Assembly: GCF_018350175.1 (NCBI RefSeq)
Contig: NC_058368.1
Location: 230,890,001-230,954,000, forward strand
DNA: 64,000 bases
Source: Felis catus
Taxonomy: Eukaryota
Reading direction: 5' to 3'
In this document: piece by piece, positions 25,091-34,860 of the stretch
How the letters are laid out: every line of letters begins with the position of its first letter
How positions within the stretch are numbered: the stretch's first letter is position 1
Position numbers and translations under genes: made by a program
Notes under the pieces: model-generated
What the model was told of the DNA's origin: nothing
The model's input: the letters and a program-made list of their open reading frames with translations, nothing else
Databases searched by the model: none

Positions 25091-26153
25091 ACTCTGGTGT
25101 ACAGAGCCACCAGCACCCGGCTGTCTTCCACCCATCGCCCAGACTGTTCTCAGAGCGTATTTCTTTCCTCTGAGTCCAGCTTGCTTTTCACGGACACACT
25201 TTCCCTTTATGAGCAGAATCCAACAAGCCATTAAAGCCCAACAGCTTAAGTAAGGACTCGTCAAGGCGCAGGTGCCTCCGGAAGACGGGGGTCAGCGAGG
25301 GGAGCGCCATTTTGCACATCCTCAGGTTCTGTGCCCACAGCCCCTGCACACCCCCTAGGGAGTGAGCCGGGCTGTGGGCACTCTTATTTCGGGGTCTCTG
25401 TTAGTCCCCAGAGTCGCTCTGGAAGCTCTACTGTCGTGAGGGGAGGTCTCTTTGAGAGACTCACCTGGAGGGGAGCCTGTGGGAGTCAAGATTCCAGGCA
25501 CGGCCGCTCCCTCCCTCCACATGCATTTTCTGATGCTGGGGCTGGACCAGGGCCATTAGTGACCTCTTAGGATCATTGACACACATGTCCCGCGATGTTC
25601 TCAAGGCAAGGACTGGAACCCACCCTCGTGTTTAACGTGGGAGACACACAGGGACCGACTTGCATGGAAATACCCAGACTTTGAAGGGCACTTCGGAGGA
25701 GGGTCAGGGGGCCATCGGGTGGAAGCGTGGGACCCCGTGATGGGGCTCCTAGGGTCCGGAGACCCTTCCTCCACGCACACAGGGGAGCGGGCGCCGATGA
25801 CCAGATCCCAGGAGCCACGGGCAGGGACTGCCGTCCGGAGGGGGCCGGGCGTTCCAGGGGTTCAGGACGTGGGACCCACTGCAGGCTGGCACTCTGCCTG
25901 CGACAGGCCACCTCCTTTCTCCAGAACCAGGTGCTACTCCCCCAGGAGCGTAACCTGCTGATGTGGCTGCAGTTTCCTTATAGTCTGGCTCTGGGCATAA
26001 ATGTGCATCTGTGTGTTTTATACACACAGTCAGGTAGAATTACACGTGATTTTAACTTTTTGTCTTGTCTGCTTTTGTCCGTTTTTCAATAACGAATGTA
26101 TACATACACGTATAGAAAGAGACAGGGAGAGAGAGAGAGGGCATATGTGGGCT

Positions 26154-26346
26154 TTTTTTAATATTTATTTTTGAGAGAGAGAGAGAGCACGAGCAGGGGA
26201 GGGGCAGAGAGACAGGGGGACAGAGGATCTGAAGCAGGCTCTGTACTGCCAGCAGAGAGCCCGATGTGGGGCTCGAACGCAAAAACTGCAAGGTCATGAC
26301 CTGAGCTGAAATTGGACACTTAACCGACGGAGCCACCCGGACGCCC
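26154..26346 (-). mobile_element. CanSINE
   Basis: T-rich tail, (GA)n, ggtcatgacctgagctgaa...gagccaccc. Confidence 0.9.
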
Positions 26347-26677
26347 AGGCATACGTGTTCTATATAGATAATGGCTCACGCTTCCTCGGCCACCTTTTGG
26401 GGCTCACTTTGGACCAGGGAAGCCACTCTACGGTGTATTTACTCTGACCAGATTCGCTCTCTGTGGGTGACTTTCTCACCCAGTTCTTGCTGAGGGGAGG
26501 GAGCTGTCTCTACTGCCTTTAAGAGCCTTGACTGAGGTTACAAACCCAAGAAAAGTGGAGATGATTCAAGCAATCATACGCTCTTGGTACAAAACAATGG
26601 CGGTGCCTCCCTGGAAGGTGATGCCGCGTGATTAGTTGACGAAATGGAACCGTTCCTGCTTTAGGCTCTTCCCACAT

Positions 26678-26891
26678 TTTTATTTTTTATCTATTTTTAA
26701 TTTTTTTAAGGTTTATTTAATCTTATTTTCGAGAGAGAGTCAGAGCACAAGCAGGGGAGGGGCAGAGAGCGAGGGAGACACAGAACCCAAAGCAGGCTCC
26801 AGGCTCTGCGCTGACAGCTCAGAGGCTCGACGCGGGGCTCGAACTCACGAGATCATGACCTGAGCTGAAGACTGAGCCACCCAGGTGCCCC
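26678..26891 (-). mobile_element. CanSINE
   Basis: Same hallmarks as 26154-26346, with a small internal deletion near the head. Confidence 0.9.
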
Positions 26892-28445
26892 TTTTCCTAG
26901 ATTTTTAAAGGAACATTCAAAATGTAAGAAAGTTTTATGGTGCCAGGACCATATTCCTTTCTAAAACATTTATGAAATGTTAGAATCCAAATACACTACG
27001 TGGGGGACTCACACTTGCGTTGAACTCATTCATCTCTGGTTGGCTATTGATCCTGTAGCCAAATCATATGTGTAATAAAAGAAAAAAAAAATCAACCCAT
27101 TTAAGCACACAACAAAAGCGAAAGAAAACCAGTCACGTAGGGGACGTTTCTGTGCTGCTTAGTAAGACTTGAAGTTTCTTAGTCTCCTGAAGTGACAGAA
27201 ATCACTTGGGGGAATTTGGGGTATTTTAGCTCAACTGTTAGGGATATAAACAGTGAACTTACCGAATACTGGGACTTTTGCCTGTGGCAAAACAAAGCTA
27301 AGACAAGTGGTTTCCTTCCCAGGATGCCCGGCAGAGCAGGTGGGAGGCGAGCTGGGCAGCTCACGGGATGGACCCCCCTCTGTCTGCCCAGCAAGGCTGT
27401 CCACCCACCGGAGCCGCCCGCACCCCCCGTTACCCTCTCCCTGCCAGGCTGGCGTTGTATTCACCTCTTGCTCCCCGGTCCCCTCACCTCTGGTGGAGGC
27501 ATTCAGGGGGTGCACACCTGTGTACTCCCTGGAACTGTGTTCTCATGTTTTTAAATGATGGCAGCCACTTGTAAATGACGTGCAGCCACTTTTGAAAATG
27601 CACAGGAGAGTGTATGCTAACGTGAAAGTATGCTCGGCGTATCCTAAATACAGAAAACAACGTGACTCTTTTGTAAGAAGTTTAATATGAAAACAAGTGT
27701 GTCTGTCCACAGAAAGAAAGACAGGATGGCTATCCATCTATTAACCGCGATCATTTCCACTTGGTAGAATGACAACTGACTTCAGCACGTTTGAACTTGT
27801 CTGCGTTTCAGCAACGCACAGTTACTGCTTTGGTCCTGTCCCCCACCTCCCCAGTCTTGCGGACAGGTGGGCGAGCTCAATATGACTTGAGATGTTAAGA
27901 AATGACAATAGCTTCTCAAGGACCCTGCATTTTTAATACTTGGGTCTCCTAGGGGCCAGGAGCTTTTGCATCGGCCCTGGGATCTCACCCGTTAGAAGCT
28001 GCCAGAAAGAAGCCGCGGACCTTGCGAGGGCCCCAGAAGAATGCCTCCTTGGTGGGGGTCTCCGAGTTCAGCCCAGTGCGACCCTGTTTCTTCCCTGACT
28101 CAGGAAGCACTTGTGTCCATCGTCTCTTGAAACAAAAACACCTGGGCTTGCCCCTAGCCTCAATTTGGGGACAGCCCCCCGAACGACAACAAAAGAAAGC
28201 ACAGGACTCACCTGCTGCCTGCTGGTCTCCCGCTCCTGCCTGAACTCAGCTTCGGGAGAAGGGCCCCAATGGCCAGCAGGGGGTGGGATGCGATACTAGA
28301 GGAGGTCGGCTGCCCCTTCCTCCGTCCTCCCGGGTCACCGTCTGTTACATGCCCCCAAACCCACCTCCTCCAGTTCGCGCTGCCTGCCTCCCTCCACTTC
28401 TGTGAGTTGTTCCCTGAAATCGCCTTTTCCCTTCTTGTCTTGCAG

Positions 28446-28488
28446 CCCGCCCAAACCGACCGTGTTCATCTCCGGTGTGATTGCCCGG
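28446..28488 (+). CDS. DAP: DAP penultimate coding exon (exon 3 by human numbering), 43 nt, encodes (S)PPKPTVFISGVIAR
   Basis: Polypyrimidine tract plus TTGCAG acceptor (AG 28444-28445) and CGG|GTAAGA donor. The peptide matches the remembered human DAP segment SPPKPTVFISGVIAR. Phase 2 start and phase 0 end join in frame to the next exon. Confidence 0.96.
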
Positions 28489-28779
28489 GTAAGAGCCTTT
28501 CCGCCAAACCCTCGGTGCGCTGTGGGACTCCTCCTGTCTTTGTTAGACCCCATTCGTTCATCTGTCGGGGCCCAGAGGCCCCTGGGCTGTGTCGTGTCCG
28601 TGGAGCGCTTCCACGGCGAGCACTGTGTGGCGAGCACTGCCAGCAGGGCTCACACAGAGGAGCCGGAGCTGCCTGCCCCCCCGCCTTCCTCGTGCTCCCC
28701 CTTCTCTTTCGACTCAACCAGGGTCGGCTGCTCCCCAGCGAAACAAGACTTAATGAGAATCGAAATAAGAGTTAGCTGT

Positions 28780-28980
28780 TGTGACACATGAAAATGACAT
28801 GAAATTCACATCCCGGTGTCCGTGGATGCCTTTTAGCTGTGGATGCGGTTTTAGCCGCACGCGGCCACACCCATTCACGCGTGTCTACACTGCTTTCCTG
28901 CTACCGTGGCAGCTGAGCCACGAAGCCCGAAATATTTACTGTCTGGCCTGTTACCACAAATGTCTGCCGCCCCCAGACTA
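28780..28980. mobile_element. MER58-like hAT relic in DAP intron 3
   Basis: atgaaattcacat...gccacacccattc...aagcccgaaatatttactgtctggcc...tctgccgcccc. Confidence 0.7.
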
Positions 28981-29056
28981 AACTCACGGGGGGTTTGTCG
29001 CACCCTTTACTTTTCAAGAGCCCCACTTCTGGTGAAACCCAACTTTAAAAAAAAAT

Positions 29057-29262
29057 TTGTTTTAATGTTTATTTTTTGAGAGAGAGAGAGAGTGTGTGTG
29101 AGCAGTGGAGGGGCAGAGAGAGACAAAGACAGAATCCGAAGCAGGCTGCAGGCTCTGGGCTGTCAGCACAGAGCCCGACGCGGGGCTCAAACCCACAAAC
29201 CGCGAGATCGAGACCTGGGCCAAAGTCGGGTGCGTAACCGACTGAGCCACCCAAGTGCCCCC
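29057..29262 (-). mobile_element. CanSINE in DAP intron 3
   Basis: Reverse-complement SINEC_Fc. Confidence 0.92.
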
Positions 29263-30068
29263 CAACATTTTCCTTTAATGACCCAGCAGCACACTCTCCT
29301 TTGAGGGAGGGCACAGCAGTGCCAACCATAGCCCTGTGGCTCACAGTACATCCGAGCCCTTAGCACGTGAGGACTTAAGAAAATGCTCTTGCTGGACACA
29401 GCTCACCACGGAGCCCCAGGACCCCGGGGGACACACAGGTGGCTCCTCAAATACACAAAAGAAAATTAAATGCCGACACAAGGCCAGAGTCACCCCATGG
29501 TGACAGCTCAGCCCTTGCACATCAGGGCTCCAGCCTGCTTGCCGTGGTCTGGGCCCCAGCCACCATCACACATGCACTGTTGTCTCAAGAAGGCATTTCC
29601 TCCCCGACAAACAGCCGGGTGCCTTCTGTGAGACTCAGCAGGTTGGATCTGGCTTCATCTCACGCCTTTCAGCCCTGCCCTGGCTGTGTCTCCTTCCCAA
29701 CAAGTGCCCTGACTCGGCCGTGGCAGCAGATCAGAATTAGGACACTGGATTTGGTTCTGTTTTGTCCCTGGATGTACAGGTCACAGTTCTCGCAGAAGAA
29801 AGCCACCCAATACCGGCCTAGTCCTGAGTGAGTCGTATGGAGACCTGAGCTCACGGCAAGGGGGGCAGACAGCATTGTCACCCTCTGGGTGCCCCACTCA
29901 GCACCCCAGACAGCTTCAGGACCCCCACGGTCCCAGGAGACAGCCTTCTACCTCCCCAGCCCACTGCCCACCCTACGGGGAAGCCAGAGGACGTGGGGTC
30001 GGGGGCTTTGTTCTTGCGTTACCCCGCTGTTCAGTGTTGGTGAGCTGGTGCATTCTGTCTCCCGACAG

Positions 30069-30182
30069 GGCGACAAAGACTTCCCGCCGGCGGCCGCCCA
30101 GGTGGCTCACCAGAAGCCCCACGCCTCCATGGACAAGCACCCCTCCCCGAGAACCCAGCACATCCAGCAGCCTCGCAAGTGA
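30069..30182 (+). CDS. DAP: DAP last coding exon: GDKDFPPAAAQVAHQKPHASMDKHPSPRTQHIQQPRK*
   Basis: Acceptor ...ctgtctcccgacAG|GGC. The translation matches the remembered human DAP C-terminus. TGA at 30180-30182. Confidence 0.97.
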   Translation, partial: GDKDFPPAAAQVAHQKPHASMDKHPSPRTQHIQQPRK

Positions 30183-31950
30183 ACGGCGAGGCCCCAGCGC
30201 CCCCACCAGCAGTGCCTCAATATCCCGACCTTTGGTATCTCCCCGGCAGAGACAATTGGCGTTTTCTTCAACCCGCTGCTCCCCTGGGAAATCTAAGACA
30301 AAGTGAAGCGCCCCGTCCTTTGCCTTAAATTTCCGTGTCTGACACTAGAAAGGATCTGACCCCAAACCTCGTTTGCAGGGAGTCCTGGTTGATGTCGTTT
30401 GAGGGTCAGCGTGCCCCTGTACGTGCCTTTAGCAGAACTTGCCGAGACCGAAGTGAAGTGTTCACAGCCCAGCTTTACTTGTACGTCAGCGGTCGTCGAG
30501 GGCGCAGATTTGGGAGGAGGAGATTAAGGCTGGAGGGAAAGTGGACCATTTCATGCTTTTTGGTAACAGGACAACGCGTCTTAACACCTAGGGGACGCGT
30601 TTCGGAATCACAGGGGCGCGTTTCAGAAAGGCAGGGCAAGGCAGGCTTTTGAAAGTGGCACCAGCGTTACTGAATTCTCCTTCCCGTGTGACAGGGGGTC
30701 GCTGTAGGGGGACACCAGGTACTCCTGGGAAAAGCCAAAGAGAAGCTCCCGTCTTTGAAATGGCTTTTGAATCCCAGGAGCCACCTTCTGGAGAAGGAGA
30801 TCCTAGACCGTCTGTGCAAAGGGAACAGCTCCAGAATGAGATCTCCGTGTGCGTCCCAAACCCGGCACGGCCCCGATCCAGACCGCCTCCAGCGGGGCAA
30901 TCAGGCAAACCTGCGTTTCTCGTCATCCCCTCCAGAGCCGCTTTTGAGTTCTGGAAGTGACCACCGACCGGTGGAGGAGTAGACGTAAAGCTAGTTCTGG
31001 AACACCAAAGCAAGAGCGTTGTGGAAAGAGCAGATGAAACTCTCCTAGAAGAAGGTAGAAACACCGTGTTCCACGTGAGCTAGAAAACACCTGTCAGTCC
31101 CACTGCCCTGAGTTTCTTCTGCCCTCGTGCGGTTTGCCGGGCCTGTTCACCTGCGCGAGCCGGACGGTCCTACTCTTGCAGCCCGTCCTTCCTGCCCGGA
31201 GCGGCCCTGGACGGCTCTTGGGCTCACGGCGGTCGAGTGCTTTATTGTTCCGAAAAGCCAAAGGGCCGGTCCACTCGGATGCTGTGCCGTCCGGGCCCTG
31301 ACCGGCCACCACCGACGGCCGTGTTTGCCGGAGGCCAGCGCCGCCGGCCGCCCGATGTCCTTACCAAAGCCGCACCTGCCAGCTGGGAACCGTGACCTCA
31401 TCAGACCTCATCAGACCCGCCCCTCGCCCTTCCCCGAGGGGGGAGCCCAGTGCTGCTTCACCTTCTAAAGGCAGGTTTGCTTTCTCTGCTCGCTGATTTG
31501 CTGAGGGCCAGCGAATAACCCTCAAGGTGCCCTGTCATCACATCTAGTATTTCTTAGCCGCGGAGATGTTGGTATCATCGGGCTTGCAGGGCTGCAGACT
31601 AGGGGAGGGGAGGGCGGGGGGGGGGGGGGGCTGGCTGGTGGGGGGGCATATGTCGCAGAGCACAGTGAGTAAGCAGCCACCTCCCAGGGCCGGGTCAGGC
31701 CTGGGCGGACCATTGTACCGTCTGCTACAGAAATTAAGACGCATCCTTTTCCTTGATACTTTTTAGTTTTGCGGCCCCGGGTGCCGGGCTGTTTCCCAAG
31801 GTGCGTTTTTTTCTCGTGTACTTTTAGCTACTTCTGGCATATAGCCCTGGGCTCTAAATCATTAAACGCAAAATATTTTCCTGAATGAGTTCAATTGTTG
31901 ACCTCAAGATTATTAACGATTGCAATAAAAGTCCCGCATTTCTTCTCATG
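30183..31950 (+). other. DAP: DAP 3'UTR (~1.8 kb)
   Basis: Repeat-free stretch from the stop codon to AATAAA at 31924, followed by a U/GU-rich downstream element. Confidence 0.8.
31924..31929 (+). promoter_or_regulatory. DAP: Polyadenylation signal of DAP
   Basis: AATAAA followed ~20 nt later by CA and then GGTTTGTTTTTTCTT. Confidence 0.8.
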
Positions 31951-32674
31951 GTTTGTTTTTTCTTCTATTTCAGAGATTTTTTTTTTCTTCTACATTTTAC
32001 AGGGGCTCCCCGACGCTTTCACTAGAATCAGGCACATGCCCACGTCATGGATACTTTCACAGATTGTTGCCCAGACACAAAGTCGACCCTCTGGACGGCT
32101 GACGCCTTGAGTCTCATCAGCTACTTTAAAATGTCTGAAAATGGGAAAGTTTAATGCAGCTGATTAAAACATATTACTTGAGCCCAGCAGCTGGCCCTAT
32201 GCCAGGGAGGCCCTTCGGGACAGACTTAAGAAGGAATTAGTAAGTCCAGGGGTGGCTGTGAGCAGCTTTTGGTGAAAAAGACATTCACCTTTCTCCAGAG
32301 GTCTCCAGGAACCCTGTGCGGAGGAGGAGAGCACAACTGTTAGACCCTGGGATTGAACTGGGAGGGTCCCCTGAAGTTTCCCCACCCGGGGCCTCCTCCT
32401 CCCTCGGGTGAGGACCTGAGTGTCAGGCATCTGACAGGCCAGAGTTGGCATCTCCCAGCCAGCCTGGCCTTTCCTTAGCCCTCGTGTCCCCTCTGGAGCC
32501 GCTGTTTGCATTAGCACATTCGTCTTAAGAGACTGGGAACAAAATGAGGGTCTCACGTATTTAGCGTCACCGGGCAGGGAGTCGGGCTCTGTCAAACGCT
32601 GGTGGACAGAAATGCAAAACACACAACCAACATGGGACAGAATTGTCCCCAGGCCTTTGTTATTAACATCATTG

Positions 32675-33144
32675 TGACCTACATTTTCCCCACATCATTG
32701 CCTGACAAAGTACCACAAACTGGCTGGCTTGAAGCAATGGAAATCTATTATTCCATGGTTCTGGAGTCTAGAAGCTTGAAATCGAGATGTCAGCCCAGCC
32801 CTGCTCCCTGGGAAGGCCCTGGGTGATGCTCTTTCCCTTTCTGACGGCTGCTGGCATTCCTTGGCGTGCGTTGCTGGTTCAGCATAAATCCAATCTCTGT
32901 CCCCGTCGTCACGTGGACATCTTTTCTGTGCATCTGTGTCCACATTTCTTTCTTCTAAGGACACCATCATTGAACAATGTCCTTAGACACTTGAACCACT
33001 GAATGGTTCCCCCTAATCAGTATGACCTCCTGGTAAGGAATTTGATCTGCAAAGACCTTATTTCCAAATAAGGCCGTGTTCACAGATGCTGGGGGGGTAG
33101 GACTTGAACATAGCTTTTGGGGAATCACAGTTCAACCCAGAGCA
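32675..33144 (-). mobile_element. MaLR LTR (MLT1B/C-like)
   Basis: caaagtaccacaaactggctggctt; tctgcaaagaccttatttccaaataagg; cacagttcaaccc. Confidence 0.8.
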
Positions 33145-33529
33145 TCAACCATGTGCTGAAAAGCCAGAAACCTCCCTCCCGGCTCACACTGTTTGACTAG
33201 CTATTTTGTAAATCGCTTTTTTGAATAAATTTAGCCGTAAGAATGCTTTACCCGCTGCAGATTACCGGCCAGGGAGCAGTCAAAGCCCGTCTGCAGGCGG
33301 CAGGGGAGAGGTGTGGGCGTGGTTGGTGCCTCCAGCCACAGGAGGCTGTCTGTCCCCTGGTCCCTGTGGCTTGTGAGGCTGCAGCTGTCTCTGCCCATGT
33401 CCTCAGTCCAGAGCCACATGCTTCCAGATCCCACATCTTCTTCCCTATAAGAGTTTTCCATCGGTGGTGGCTGTCCCATTTCACAGACAGGAAGACTGAA
33501 GCCCAGTGCCCAGTGGCAAAAGCCACTGT

Positions 33530-34860
33530 CAGCAAACATTTGTCGAAGGGAAATATACAAATGGCCACCAAGCACATGAAAAGATACTGGGGATCATTGG
33601 TCACCAGGGAAACGCAAATCAAAATCACAGTGAGGGACCACCTCGCACCCACTAGGAAGGCTAAAATCAACAAAGTCAAAGGACAGCAGGTGTTGGCAAG
33701 GATGTGAAGAAATCAAAACCCTCGTGCAGCGCTATCGGGAATGTGAAATGGTTGCAGCCACGGAGAGAAATGGAAACATACGTCCACACAAATGTGTGTG
33801 CACAAACACTTATTAGCGGCACGATTCTTTTTTTTTAATGTCTATTTTTGAGAAAGAGAGAGAATCCCAAACAGGCTCCAAGCTGTCAACACAGAGCCCC
33901 ACGTGGGGCTCGAACTCACGAACCGTGAGATCATGACCTGAGCTGAAGTCGGACGCTTAACCAACTGAGCCCCCCAGGCGCCCCTAGTGGCATTGTTCTT
34001 AATAGCCAAAAGGTGCAAACAACCTCGATGTCCATCAATTGAAGATAAACAAAACGTAGTATATCTGTACAACAGAATATTTGGTCATAAAAAGGTTAAA
34101 GGCAGACGAACGTTGAAAACCAGGGGCGCCCGGGTGGCTCAGTCAGTTCAGCATCCAACTTCGGCTCAGGTCATGGTCTCACGGTTTGTGAGTTCGAGCC
34201 CCACATCGTGCCCCCTGCTGTCAGCACAGAACCCACTTTGGATCTTTGGATCTTCTGTTCCCCTCTGCCCTTCCCCTGCCTGTGCTTTCTCTCTCTCTCT
34301 TTTCTCAAAAAATAAACTTTAAAAAATGAAAAGAAAAACATTATGCTCAGTGAAAGATGCCAGCCACAGAAGACCATGTATTATGGGGTTCCGTTCATAG
34401 GAAAGGCCCAGACTAGAGAATATCTAGAGACAATGGCTCTTGGGCTGGTGGGGGCAGGGAGGACAGGGAGGTGGGTGAGAGCCAAAGGGAACAGGGTTTC
34501 TTCCTGAGGCCATGAAAATACTCAAAAGTCAACTGAGAAGATGCTTGCACACGTCTGTGAATATGCCAAACCAGAATTGTGCGCTTTACTTTAAGCTTAT
34601 TTACTTATTTTGAGAGAGACAGAGACAGCGTGAGCGGGGGAGGGGCAGAGAGAAAGGGAAACAGAAAATCCCAAACAGGCTCCACATTGTCAGCAAAGAG
34701 CCCGACGCGGGGCTCAAACCCACGAAACTGTGAGATCACGACGTTGGTTTGATGAGCCGAAACCAAGAGTTGGACGCTTAACCAAGTAAGCCACCCAGGC
34801 GCCCCTCGAATGGTGCACTTTTTTCAATGGACAGATTGTTGGCGTGGGAAGTGTATCTCG
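33530..34860 (+). mobile_element. Old L1M 3' fragments interrupted by three CanSINEs (33828-33984 -, 34123-34338 +, 34590-34805 -)
   Basis: aaatatacaaatggcc...aagcacatgaaaagat; gttggcaaggatgtgaagaa; acattatgctcagtgaaagatgccag; plus SINE hallmarks. Confidence 0.85.

Larger units (their letters stand above)
1..28445 (+). other. DAP: DAP long intron (intron 2); upstream exons lie 5' of the window
   Basis: No DAP N-terminal peptide (MSSPPEGKLETKAGHPPAVKAGGMRIVQK...) is visible in the ORF track upstream. The human orthologous intron is tens of kb long. Confidence 0.8.

Noticed and set aside
28489..28791. Frame stays open ~100 codons into DAP intron 3
   Set aside because: No recognisable protein similarity, no nearby poly(A) signal, and a strong donor at 28489. 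Expected by chance in GC-rich DNA.
29889..30068. N-terminal part of the 97-aa ORF ending in the DAP C-terminus
   Set aside because: Intron 3 sequence; DAP similarity begins only at the acceptor (30069).
33978..33991. CTCF-like CCACTAGGGGCGC at a SINE junction
   Set aside because: One base short of the core spacing.
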